Positions 29,575 through 42,523 of a DNA stretch of 64,000 bases are shown here, piece after piece (the first letter of the stretch is position 1; every line of letters begins with the position of its first letter). The stretch spans positions 20,512,001-20,576,000 of the forward strand of contig CP086569.2 of assembly GCA_009914755.4 (NCBI GenBank), in the 5' to 3' direction. This DNA comes from the human T2T-CHM13v2.0 reference genome, Homo sapiens. Below the pieces are notes generated by a model. It ran no database searches. It was given only the letters and a program-made list of their open reading frames with translations, and was not told the origin of the DNA. The position numbers and the translations under genes are program-made.

Positions 29575-32300
29575 GATCTTAATAGAACTTAGCTGTGAAT
29601 CCATTTTGACATGTGCATTTATTGTTGTTGTTGGGTTTTCCTTTTTATTACTGATTCTAACTCACTGCTTATTATTGGTTTGTCTAGAATTTCTATTCCT
29701 AATTTAAGAATTTTGAATGTTTCCAGAAATTTATCAATTTTCTCTATTTTTGAGTTTGTGTGCAAATACATGTTTATAGTAGTCCCTAAAGATATTTTGT
29801 ATTTCGTAGTGTTTGTTGTATTGTCACAGTTTTCATTGCTAATGAAGCTTGTTTGAATCTTTTTTTTGTTAGTCTAACTAGTAGCCTACTAATTCTATTC
29901 TTTTTTTTTTTCAAAAAAACCATTTTTTTATTTGTCTTTTGGTTTTTCTTTCTCTATTTTATTTAGTTCCACTCTGATCTTTGTCATTTCTTTTTTTTCT
30001 GCTAGCACTGGATTTGGTTTGTTGTTCTTTGCTTACTTTCATGAGGTGTGGTATTATGTTGTCAATTTGTGATATTTCAGACTTTTTGATGTAGGCATTT
30101 AGTGCTATAATCTTTCCTTTTAGCATTTCTTTTGCAGCATCCACAGGTTTTAGTAGCTTGTGTCACTGTTATTCTTCATTTTGAAAAAAAATTTAATTTT
30201 TATTTTGATTTTCTGGTTTATCCCAAAATCATATTTGAGTACATTGTTTAATTTTCAGGTTTTTGTGTAGTTTTAAGAGGTATTTCTTTTTTGGAATTGA
30301 TTTTTTTTTCCAATGTGGTGTGAGAACTTGATCTGATCTCAATTTTCAAAATTTATTGAGACATTTACTAGCCTATCATATGGTCTATCTCAGAGAATGC
30401 TATGTGTACTAATGAGAAGAAAGTATATTTCTATTCTAGATTTTAAGTTAGGAAGGTTGTATGTTTCCAAAAATGTATCTATTTCCTCTGGATTTTTGAG
30501 TTTCTGTGCAAAGATAAGTTCACAGTAGCTTCTAATAATATTTTGTATTGTGTAATATTGGCTGTATGGCCTCTTTTAATTTCTAATTGCGCATGTTGAA
30601 TCCTTTTTTTCTACTTCGGTGAATATTTTGTAAATACCTGTTACATCCATTTGTTGTACAGTGCAGTTTAAGGCCAGATATTTTTGTGTTAATTTTCTGG
30701 CTCAATGATCTGTCTAGTGCTGTCAGTGGAGCATTGAAGTCTTCCCATATTATAGTATTGCTGTCTGTCTATTTTAATTGGTCTATTACTAATTGTTTTA
30801 TAAATTTGTGAGTTCCATAGTTCAGAGCATATTTATTTAGAACTGTAATATTGTCTCATTGGGTTGATTCTTTTATCATTATATGGTAACCTTCTTTGTC
30901 TTTTTACACTATTTCTTGAAAGTCTGTTTATCTAAGAATGGATTCTCCCACACATTTTTGGTTTCCATTTGCATAACGTATCTTTTGCCACACCTTTGCC
31001 TTGGGTCTATAAGAATTAGAATTTTTACGGGTTAAGTGTGTCTCCTGAAGACAGCAGATAGTTGGTTTGTAATTTTTTATGCAATCTGTAAATTCATATA
31101 TTTTAAATTGAGAATTATTATAATTTACGTTCAACATCAATACTGTAATGCAAGGTACTGTTCCACTCATTGCATTGATTCTTACTTAGTGACTTTGTTT
31201 TATTCATAGCATTTTATTTTTTAAGCCTTTTGAATTTTATGCTTTGAGGTATTTCCACTCTGTTTCATACCAAAATTTGTTTTGGATTTAGAACTCATTT
31301 CAGCATTTCTAACAGGGCTTGCCTGATATTGACAAACTCCCTCAATATCCTCTCAACTTTTGCTGGTCAGAGAAGGACTGTTTCTCCTTCATTTATTATG
31401 CTTAGTTTTGGTGGATACAAATTCTTTGGCTGATTAGCTATTTTGTTTAAGAAGACTTGAGATAGGACCCCAATTTTTCCTTGCTTGTAATGTTTCCACT
31501 GAAAATTTTGCTGTTAGTCTGAAAAACTTTCCTTTTTATATTACCTAATGCTTTTATTTCACTGCTGTTAGAATTATTTTCTTCGTGTTGCATTTAAATA
31601 GTGTATTCAATACATGCTTTGTTAATGCCCTTTTTGCAATATATCTCCCAGAAGTTTTTTGAGCTGCTTGTATTTTTACGTTTAAATTTCTAGCAAAGCC
31701 AGAAAAGATTTTCTTAATTATTTTCTCAAGTGGGTTGCTCCAACTTTTTTCTTCTTCTTTTTCTTCAGGAATAGCTATATGTCTTAGATTTGCCATTTTA
31801 CATAATTCTATATTTCTTAGAAATTTATTTTTTCTTCATTTAATCTGATTGGGCTAATTTAAAAGCCTTTTCTTTAAGATTTGAAATTCCTTCTTCTACT
31901 TGTTAAAAATTTCCAAAGCATTTTAAAATTTCCTAAATGTGTCTTTGATTTCTATAAGTTTTGATTGGTTTTTCTCTAAAATAGTTATACCTAGAAACTT
32001 TTTTACTAATATTCTGAATTCCTTTGAAATTCCTTTTGTTAGTTTTTATCTTTCCCTTGTAGCTCCTTATGTAACTTATAAATGAACTTTTGAATTATTT
32101 ATCTGGTATTTCAAAGACTTCCTTTTGGTTTGTATTCATTGTGAAAGAACTAATATGTCCTATAATGGATGTTATTGAACTCTGTTTATTCATATTCCTA
32201 GAATGATTTTTTGTTTTCTTCTCATTTTTCTATAATTATTTTTGTATTCATTTTTTATTCAATGGTGTTTTTTTAAATTTCTTTTTTCCCATTGAGGCTG
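29575..32300 (-). mobile_element. Old L1 (L1M/L1PB-like): ORF2 N-terminal about 420 codons plus ORF1
   Basis: RT-region homology at 29575-30300 (cagctgtgaatccat...). ORF2 endonuclease N-terminus ORF 30928-31170(-) MSGTVPCITVLMLNVNYNNSQFKI...CCLQETHL. ORF1-like ORF 31554-31796(-). Confidence 0.7.
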
Positions 32301-33154
32301 TGCCTTTAATGTTTTCCACTTACCATCACCTAGATTCAGCTCTGGGTGCTTTCAGTGGTAAAGACTCTATATGAGTTTCTTGGTTATAGATTATCTTTTT
32401 GTGATGGCTTTCTCAGATGCTGGTTATAGCAGTGATATGCTCAGTTTGTGGGCAGGTTTACTGTTTTCTCTGTGGCTGAAATAACAGAGGTCTCTTGAAG
32501 CTCCACAATAATTTTATTTTTTAATTTTTTTCCTTTTCCCCCCAGTGTTTCATTTACTGGGTGAAACAGTTTAGGCTTCAGGAAAGTAGAAAGTGTCCAT
32601 GGGTAAGAATCGGCTGCATCTAAAGCAGGTGGGTAAATGCAATACCAAATGGTGGGCAGAAGTCCCAGTTGACAGAGGTAGCCAGAGGAGCTCTCAGTGA
32701 AACTCAATGGGGACTTCTCAGAAACAAAAAAGGAAGGCACCTCAACTCCCGTGTTGAGTCAGCAAGAATGCAGTCCACCTCCCAGTCACACTCCTAACCC
32801 AGTGTTCCAGCTTTTCAAATCAGACAGGTACTTCTTTTTATCTGCAGACATGTTAATTTTCCATGTCGAGAGGGATTGCGACTCACCTTCATGCAAGCCT
32901 GAATCTTTATAACACTCCTTTTATGGCAATGCAGTCACCCTAAAATGTTTCAGAAAGTCTGACTACAAGTGAATCCACGCCAAACTCCTATGGAAGAAGT
33001 TCCAGCTCTGTCTGCAGTGGCGGGTGACGGGGAAAAGTCTCCTTCTCCAAGACCTTTCACAAGCATCAGGACTGCCTGTTGGGATAAAGCCATAGACTTT
33101 CTTCACCGATCCCCGCACTGCACTTGTGCCTCTGCTGCAAGAAATTTCTAACAG

Positions 33155-33196
33155 CAGGGTGCAGTGGCTCACGCCTATAATCCCAGCACTTTGGTT
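33155..33196 (+). mobile_element. Alu 5' fragment (about 40 bp)
   Basis: gcagggtgcagtggctcacgcctataatcccagcactttgg, then non-Alu sequence. Confidence 0.6.
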
Positions 33197-34558
33197 CTGT
33201 GTTACTGTCCCTGCAGGTGTAATGGACTTTGCTGGTTGGCATCTGACCAGGAGATGGCCCTTGCGAAGCAGCACCAGCTGTGATAATCATGGTGGAATTT
33301 CTGTTTGTTATGTCACTCAGTGTATATACTTTGGTGTCTCAAGCAATAGATGGAGCCATAAAGTCTGTACTCTGGCTCCCTATGTGCAGGTGCAAGTACC
33401 AGTTCCACTAGGAATCAGAGGACAGTACAACTGACTGTGAGGGAAATGTTCCAATGTGAATCACAGATGCCTCTGCTGCACAAAAGAAGTCACACAAGGA
33501 AGTGGGGTAGCAGGTGGCAGTAAGCCAAAGTCAGCTGCAATGAAGTTGTCATGGCAGGTCTTAGACTCATAATGTTTCCATAGCAACAATTAGCTGAGCT
33601 CCATCCAGGCAATCTATCCTTAGAACTCAAAATTTCCCCAGACTATAAGTCACTCCAACTAAGACTAAAACCATAGCTTTTATGTCATGCCCTCCTGTTT
33701 CAGCCATGAAGCAGGGGTGTCCAGCATCTGTACCTGTGGCTGTAGCACACTATTTACTCAACCCCCTGGTTCTGCAAAGGGAGTTCATTCCTACTCAAGA
33801 TTATATTATCAGTATTAGTTGAAGGCTTCGCTCAACTTGTGACCACTACCTGAGTTAGCCGGCAAACTTCCATTAGGCTCCCTGATAGTTAGGATCAGGA
33901 GTGGCTTCCCTCTGTGCTCATTGAAATCTGTGAGTGCACATAAAGCATGTGCTGATGCCACTCCTCACATATTCCCCACCACTCATTAAATAAGGTTCAG
34001 GACTAGGTAGTGTTAAGGCCTTCTCTCATGGTCTGGATTGCCAAGCTCACCAGTGGGAGTGTGTTATGGTGACAGTCCCTCTCCCTCTTATCCTCTGGAG
34101 ACTCAAAGTTTTTTTCTTGGCTCATGATGTAGGCCCACCACTTTTTTCCCAAGGTTCTGTGGTGTTATTCAGTTTTTCTGTTAAATTCCTGTGTTAGTTC
34201 CAGAAAAAAAAAATTCAGCATGAATATCTATACACTATTTTGTCTTTCCATGTTGGAGAGGCATGCTAATAGAACGCTTTCAACGCACCGTCTTGGAAAC
34301 CTAAAAATGTAGTTCATAGGATATTAGAAATGTTTCAAAATAAAAAGAAAATTCTGGTTCAAACTAAGTAAACATTAAGTAGGAAAATAAAAGCGATGAG
34401 GTTAAAAGACATACAAATTTTATGTGATCAATAGCTAACTGAGATTAAATTTGCTTATAAAGTTTTATTGAAATTACCTTTAATATATTAATAATGCACT
34501 AATATGGACATAAAATTTGTTTTTCTCTTTAGAATAAAATTATCCTAGAAAAAATTTT

Positions 34559-34843
34559 TGGTCCAAGTGTTGTGGCTCATGTGTATAATCCCAGCATGTT
34601 TGGAAGCTAAAGCAGAAGGAACCCTTGAACCTAGGAATTTAAAACCAGCCTAGGCAATACAGGAAGACCCCATCTCTACAAAAAATAAAAATAAGTAACT
34701 GGGTGTAGGGAGTGTGCCTGTATTCACAACTACTCAGGAGGCTCATATGGTAGGATTGCTTGAGCCCAGGAGCTCATGGCTGCAGTGATGCCTGATTGTA
34801 CTGCATCACGCCAGCCTTTACACAGAGTCAGACCCTCTCTTTA
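34559..34843 (+). mobile_element. Alu (old, diverged; AluJ-like)
   Basis: tggtccaagtgttgtggctcatgtgtataatcccagcatgtttggaagctaaagcagaagg ... gcctgattgtactgcatcacgccagcctttacacagagtcagaccctctc. Confidence 0.8.
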
Positions 34844-35402
34844 GGAAATATTTTTTTAAAAACTTTTGAGTTAAATGAAAAAAAATGAGGAGAGATAGGA
34901 AGAGATAGATTTAGTCACTACACTTTATTAAATCTTTTGTTGAGAAACTGAACCTCTTAGTTATCAAAGTGTAAATGCCTATGCTTTTCAAAATCTTTAA
35001 CTTATCATTTTGGTTAAATGACAATCATTTTACAGTTACCTGTGATACAATTTTTAGCAAGTGTTTTAAACCTTTGATATCTGACAAACTTTTCAAAATG
35101 AAATTTCAAATTATACATTTACGTTTGTGAACCTTAAATTAGCTTCTTATATATTAGGGCTCCTACAAGTCCAAAAGAGATACGTTAGTCTTACTTGGTA
35201 TGTTAAAATCATATGGAAAGCCTTTTCAAATAAAAAAAAAAGTTTAACTTTTTGACTTATGTTTCTACAAATACGTCATTAGCATGTGTTCCAAAATTGT
35301 AAAAGATTCCTAAAATTACTTTGTCTTGTTATATGTTATCAATTATAATTATGATTATTATAAGTTTTTGTATGCCATACAGACAATTCTTTCTTGTCAA
35401 TT

Positions 35403-38400
35403 TATTTTTAATTATTATTATACTTTAAGTTCTAGAGTACATGTGGACAATGTGCAGGTTTGTTACATACATATACATGTGCCATGTGGGTTTGTCATTT
35501 ACATTAGGTATTTCTCCTAATGCTATCTATTCCCCATTCCCCCAACCCACGACAGGCCCCAGTGTGTGATGTTCCCTGCCCTGTGTCCAAGTGTTCTCAT
35601 TATTCAATTCCCACCTGTGAGTGAGAATATGCGATGTTTGGTTTTCTGTCCTTGTTATAGTTTGCTCAGAATGATGGTTTCCAGCTTCATCTATATCCCT
35701 GCAAAGGACATGAACTCATCCTTTTTTATGGCTGCATAGTATTCCACAGTGTGTATGTGCCACATTTTCTTAACCCAGTCTATCATTGATGGACATTTGG
35801 GTTGGTTCCAAGTCTTTGCTATTGTGAATTAGTGCCTCAATAAACATATGTGTACATGTGTCTTTATAGTAGCATGATATATAATCCTTTGGGTATATAC
35901 CCTGTAATGCGATCACTGGGTCAGATGGTATTTCTGGTTCTAGATCCTTGAGGAATCACCACACTGTGTTCCACAATGGTTGAACTAGTTTACAGGTCCC
36001 ACCAACAATGTAAAAACCTTCCTTTTTCCCCACATCTGTTGTTTTCTCCAGCATCTGTTGTTTCCTGACTTTTTAGTGATTGCCATTCTAACTGGTGTGA
36101 GATGGTAGCTCTGTGGTTTTGATTTGCATTTCTCTGATGACCAGTGATGATGAATATTTTTTCATGCATCTGTTGGCTGTGTAAATGTCTTCTTTTGAGA
36201 AGTGTCTGTTCATATACTTTGCCCAATTTTGATGGGGTTGTTTGATTTTTTCTTGTAAATCTGTTTAATTTCTTTGTAGATTCTGGATATTAGCCCTTTG
36301 TCAGACGGGTACATTGCAAAAATTTTCTCTCATTCTGTAGGTTTACTGTTCACTCTGATGGTACTTTCTTTTGCTGTGCAGAAACTCTTTAGTTTAATTA
36401 AATCCTATTTATTAATTTTGGCTCCTGTTGCCATTTGTTTTGGTGTCTTAGTCATGAAGTCCTTGCCCAGGCCTATGACCTGAATGCTCTTATCTAGGTT
36501 TTATTCGAGGTTTTCATGGTTTTAGGTCTAACATTTAAGTCTTCAATCCATCTTGAATTAATTTTTGTATAAGGTGTAAGAAAGCAAACCTGTTTCAGCT
36601 TTCTACATATGGCTAGTCAGTTTTCCCAGCACCATTTATTAAATAGGGAATCATTTCCCCATTTCTTGTTTTTGTCAGGTTTGTCAAAGGTCAGATGGTT
36701 ATAGATGTGTTGTTATTTCTGAGGCCTCTGTTCTGTTCCATTGGTCTATATCTCTGTTTTGGTACTGGTACCATATTGTTTTGGTTACTGTACACTTGTA
36801 GTATAGTTTGAAGTCAGGTAGCATGATGCCTCCAGCTTTGTTCTTTTTGCTTAGGATTGTCTTGGCAATGCAGGCTCTTTTTTGGTTCCATATGAATTTT
36901 AAAGTAGTTTTTTCCAATTTTGTGAAGAAAGTCATTGGTAGCTTGATGAGAATGGCATTGAATTGATAAATCTATAAATCAGTATGGCCATTTCCATGAT
37001 ATTGATTCTTCCTATCTATGAACATGGAATATTGTTCCATTTGTTTGTGTCCTCCTTTATTTTTGTTGAGCAATGATTTGTAGTTCTCCCTGAAGAGGTC
37101 CTTCACATGCCTTGTAAGTTGGATTCCTACATATTTTATTCTCTTTGTAGCAATTATGAATGAGAGTTCACCCATGATTTGGCTCTCTGTCTGTTATTTG
37201 TGCATAAGGATGCTTGTGATTTTTGCACATTGATTTTGTATCCTGAGACTTTGCTGATGTTGCTTATCAGCTTAAGGAGATTTTGGGCTGAGATGATGGG
37301 GTTTTCTAAATATACAATCATGTCATCTACAAAGAGGGACAATTTGACTTCCTCTTTTCCTAACTGAATACCCTTTATTTCTTTCCCTTGCCTGATTGCC
37401 CTGGCCAGAACTTCCAACACTATGTTGAATAGGAGTGGTGAGAGAGGGCATCCCTGTCTTGTGCCAGTTTTCAAAGGGAATGCTTCCAATTTTAACCCAT
37501 TGAGTATGATACTGGCTGTGGGTTTTCCATAAATAGCTCTTATTATTTTGAGATACATTCCATCAATATCTAGTTTATTGAGAGTTTTTAGCATGAATGG
37601 CTGTTGAATTTTGTTGAAGGTCTTTTCTGCATCCATTGAGATAATCATGTGGTTTTTGTCTTTGGTTCTTTTTATGTGATGGATTGCATGTATTGATTTG
37701 CATATGTTGAACCAGCCATGAGGTTTTTGTCTTTGGTTCTTTTATGTGATGGATTGCATGTATGGATTTGCATATGTTGAACCAGCCTTGCATCCCAGGG
37801 ATGAAGCTAGCTTGATCTTGCTGGATAAGCTCTTTGATGTGCTGCTGGATTTGGTTTGCCAGTATTTTATTGAGGATTTTCACATGGATGTTAATCAGGG
37901 ATATTGATCTAAAATTCTCTGTTTGTTGTGTCTCTGCTAGTCTTTGGTATCAGGATGATGCTGGCCTCATAAAATGAGTTAGGGAATATTCCTTCTTTTT
38001 CTATTGATTGGAATAGTTTCAGAAGGAAAGGTACCAGCTCCTCTTTGTACCTCTAGTAGAATTTGGCTGTGAATCTGTCTGGTCCTGGAATTTTTTTTGG
38101 TTGGTAGGCTATGAATTATTGCCTCAATTTTAGAGTCTTTATTGGTCTATTCAGAGATTCAACTTCTTCCTGGTTTAGTCTTGGGAGGGTGTATGTGTCC
38201 AGGAATTTATCCATTTCTCCTAGATTCACTAGTTTATTTGCATAGAGGTGTTGATTATATTCTCTGATGGTAATTTGTATTTTTGTAGGATTGGTGGTGA
38301 TATAGCCTTTATCATTTTTTATTGCATCTATTTGAGTCTTCTCTTTTCTTCTTTATTAGTCTTGCTAGCAGTCTATCAATTTTGTTGATCTTTTCAAAAA

Positions 38401-40113
38401 ACCAGCTCCTGGATTCATTGATTTTTTTGCAGGTTTTTTTGTGTCTCTTATCTCCTTCAGTCCTGCTATGATCTTAGTTATTTCTTGCCTTCTGCTAGCT
38501 TTTGAATGTGTTTGCTCTTGCTCCTCTAGTTCTTTTAATTGTGATGTTAGCATGTCAATTTTATATCTTTCCTGCTTTCTCTTGTGGACATTTAGTGACA
38601 TAAATTTCCCCTACACACTGCCTTAAATGTGTCTCAGAGATTCTGGTACTTTGTGTCTTTGTTCTCACTGGTTTCCAAGAACATCTTTATTTCTGCCTTC
38701 ATTTCATTGTTTACCCAGTAGTCATTCAGGAGCAGGTTGTTCAGTTTCCATGCAGTTATGTGGTTTTGAGTGAGTTTCTTAATCCTGAGTTCTAATTTGA
38801 TTGCACTGTGGTCTCAGAGACAGTTTGTTGTGATTTCTGTTCTTTTACATTTGCTGAGGAGTGCTTTACTTGTAAATATGTGGTCAATTTTGGAATGAGT
38901 GCAGTGCGGTGCTGAGAGGAATGTATATTCTGTTGATTTGGGGTGAAAAGTTCTGTAGATATCTATTAGGTTTATTTGTTTCTTTTTACTCTTTTTTCTC
39001 TAAACTTCTCTTCTTGCTTCATTTCATTATTTTGATCTTCAGTTGCTGATACCCTTTCTTCCACTTGATCAAATCAGCTACTGAAGCTTGTGCATCATCA
39101 TGTAGTTCTCATGTCATGGTTTTCAGCTCCATTAGGTGTAGGGAAGACCTTAAATGTTAGCCATTTGTCTAATCTTTTTTGAAGGTTTTTTCTTCCTTGT
39201 GATGGGTTTGAACATCCTCTTTTAGCTCAGAGCAATTTATCATTACCGACTTTCTGAAGCCTATTTCTGTCAACTCACCAAAGTCATTCTCTGTCCTGCT
39301 TTGTTCCATTGCTGGTAAGGAGCTGTGATCCTTTGGCAGAGAAGGGGCACTCTAGTTTTAAGAATTTTCAGCTCTTCTTCCCTGGTTTCTCCCCATCTTT
39401 GTGGTTTTATCTACCTTTGGTCTCTGGTGATCTACAGATGGAGTTTTGGTGTGGATGTCCTTTTTGTTGATGTTGATGCTATTCCCTTATGTTTGTTAGT
39501 TTTCCTTCTAACAGTCAGGCCTCTCAGCTGCAGGTCTGTTGGAGTTAGCTCGAAGTCCGCTCCAGACCCTATTTGGCTGTGTATCACCAGTGGAGGCTGC
39601 AGAACAGCAAATATTGCAGAACAACAAATATTGCTGCTTGATCCTTCCTCTGGAAGCTTCATCTCAGAGAGGCAACTGGCTGTATGAGGTGTCAGTCAGC
39701 TTCTACTGGGAGTTTTCTCTAAGTTAGGCTACACAGGGGTCAGGGACCCACTTGAAGGGGCAGTCTGTCCAGTCTCAGAGCTCAAACACAGTGCTGGGAG
39801 AAACACTGCTCTCTTCAGAGCTGTCAGACAGGGACATTTAAGTCTGCAGAAGTTTCTGCTGCCTTTTGTTCAGCTATGCCTTGCCCCCGAGGTGGAATCT
39901 ACAGAGGCAGGTGGGCCTAGTTGAGCTGCAGTGGGCTCCACCCAGTTTGAGTTTCCCAACTGCTTTGTTTACCTGCTCAAGCCTCAGCAATGGCAGACAC
40001 CCCTCCCACAGTCAGGCTTGCTGCCTTGCAGTTTGATCTGAGACTAGCAATGAGCAAGTTTCCATGGACATGGGACCCACTGAGCCAGGCATGGGATATA
40101 ATCTCCTGGTGTG
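35403..40113 (-). mobile_element. L1PA element, 5'-truncated inside the 5'UTR, with an internal deletion of about 0.9 kb (ORF1 C-terminus plus ORF2 N-terminus) and a 58-bp tandem duplication
   Basis: 3' end as reverse complement at 35403-35470. ORF2 RT ORF 37154-37648(-) contains the FVDDMIVY motif. Tandem duplication gaggtttttgtctttggttcttttatgtgatggattgcatgtatggatttgcatatgttgaaccagcc at 37660-37790. ORF2 text jumps directly into mid-ORF1 text at about 38972. The 5'UTR as reverse complement ends at 40113. Confidence 0.9.
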
Positions 40114-41549
40114 CATAAGAAAATACATTCTTCAAAAAAGCCCAAATTGGAGATGTCACTTGATGATGTTATCATGTCAGTGGGGTTTTAAAATAACATT
40201 AGGACCACTGCTACTATAGTGCATGTTTCTTTCCAGTGTCTGTGGAATATTAGTGTAGCCAGGAACCACAGAGAAAGTAAGGCCCTGCCTCCTGAAGGGA
40301 TGGTTCTCATAGTTGTAGTTTATGAGAGTTCCAGCTAGATTTAGTCTAGGCCTTATAAGGCTGCCTTCCCTACATCTAATGGGAATATCTTTAGGATAAA
40401 GATATTCATACTAATTGTAGTCATCCACAGTACCATTTAGAACTTTACATGCTGGATGGGAAGAGTTTTTTTTGACAAAAAGAGTTTCAAAAATTAGGGT
40501 CCTGGCAGTTATCTTAGACAACACATGTTACAGGCGCTATTGGTCCAGAAATTCCTTGTTTGTCTACAAATTTGCAGATAGCTGCCATTGTTAAATATTA
40601 TACAAAGTTCTGGAATTCCATGTATGGGGATATTTGGGAAAGACCATGCATTATTTATTACCTGATAATGAAGTTGTCAAGTGGCAACATTTTTGCCCGG
40701 GTAGTTATTCCCATTGGGAATTCCACCCAGGAGGTCTGCCTAGATTGTTAAATTTTTTCCATGGTCTTTCCCAATGTTTGGTGTTAATCTTGTTCCTGTT
40801 TAGTCTCCAGATTTCTGTGCTTTTAACAATTATGAGCATAGTGTTACAATATTTAAGGTTTCCCAAGTATAGTCCTTTTCCTCTGCTGTTAAAGCAGATT
40901 AAAGCATTTGGTATCATTCTATTAAATTTACCTAGTTTAAGGGTGGGAGTTTTACCCTCAGGGAGTGTGTCTCTCTGGGTGAGGTTAAAAATGGACCCAT
41001 ACCATGTTCCATTTACACCTATTAAATCCTTAATGGTTACTTAATGGTTAAAGGTAAAGCTAGCAAAGGGAACACTAAATTAGTGAGTTCTGGGTCATCA
41101 AAGTGTCCTTTGATGTTATTAAACTGAGCAAATCATTTAGGGAAAACCCAGCAATCCATCTGGGCAATGGCTAATATTGTAAGGGAAAAATGATGGGTGG
41201 CATTGCTACATTTAACAGTGAATGTTAATAAACACAATAGTAACAAAACCGTCATTTTTATCTTTTATCTGTGACTATTATGCCTGTTATAAGAATAATA
41301 ACTAAGCAAAAAATTATGACAATTGAGACGTTTTGCCGGATGTTTTACTCAGAAGGTGCCACAACATGTAGTCGTACTGCAAAGTGCGAAGTACCACAAT
41401 TCCTACAAGTATGGTATAATCAAGTTTCATTTAAAATCTTACTAAAAGTATTAGTAAGATAAGCATGGGGTAGAGCTGAACAGATAGTTCTCATTCATTT
41501 ACTTATCTTTGTAATTTTCAGTTTGAAACCACTGACATCTTCACACTGA

Positions 41550-42483
41550 TATCTGGGATGCTCCTCTGAGCTGTCAACTCTTTCTCCCTCTGCATTTCAG
41601 GCCTTGCCATGAGTGTGATCAATCCAAGAGTGGAGTCCTGCAATCTTCACTGCCAAGGGGTTGGAGAGAAGGATGGTGTAAGGTCTCTAACACTTACGAC
41701 CTCAAGAGGGGGAAAGAGAGGGAGGAGCCTTCACCAGTTCCAAGTCTCCTGGATTAAAGGGAGGTGATCCTAGTTATTGGGGTTGGAGTTTTAATAGCTG
41801 TTTTTAATTCCTGCTGGAAGTGGTCCAGGGAGGTTATATGATTAACCAATTCAGAAGTTTCCTGATCTATTATAAAATCATTACTAAGCAAAGGCCATCC
41901 ATATATCATTCAAAAGGGCTCAACCTCAAATGTAAATGGGTCTTCCTCACACTCACTAAGGCTGTAAAGAGGAGGGTAGTCTATGGGACTGCTTCTTGAG
42001 ACAACTTCTGGAGGTGCTTTTTAATGATATCATTTGTTTTCTCCACCTTCCCTGAAGATTGTGGTCTCCAAGCACAATGAAGATGGTATTGTATGTCCAG
42101 TGCTTTTGAGACCTTCTGGGTAACAGTCACCTTAAATGAAAGGCCATTGTCACTTTGGAGGTATTTAGGGAGTTAAAGTGAGGAATTATTTTATTGACTC
42201 ATGCTTTCATCACCTTAGAGGCCTTTTCTATTCAACATGCAAATTCCTCTATTCAATTAGTGAAGATATCCACCTACACCAGGAGATACTAAATCTTTTT
42301 TCTCTTTGCCATATGGGTAAAATTAATTTGCCAGTCCTCCCCTGGGAAACTTCTCATTTTTTGACTTGGGTGGGGACAAGATGTCTGTTGAGGGGATTGT
42401 TTCCATGGCACGTCTCACAAGCATTAACAATCCATTTGTGTTTGGTAAATTGTTACCCAAAGATTTGTCGGCTAGTTGATTAG

Positions 42484-42523
<40 letters not shown>

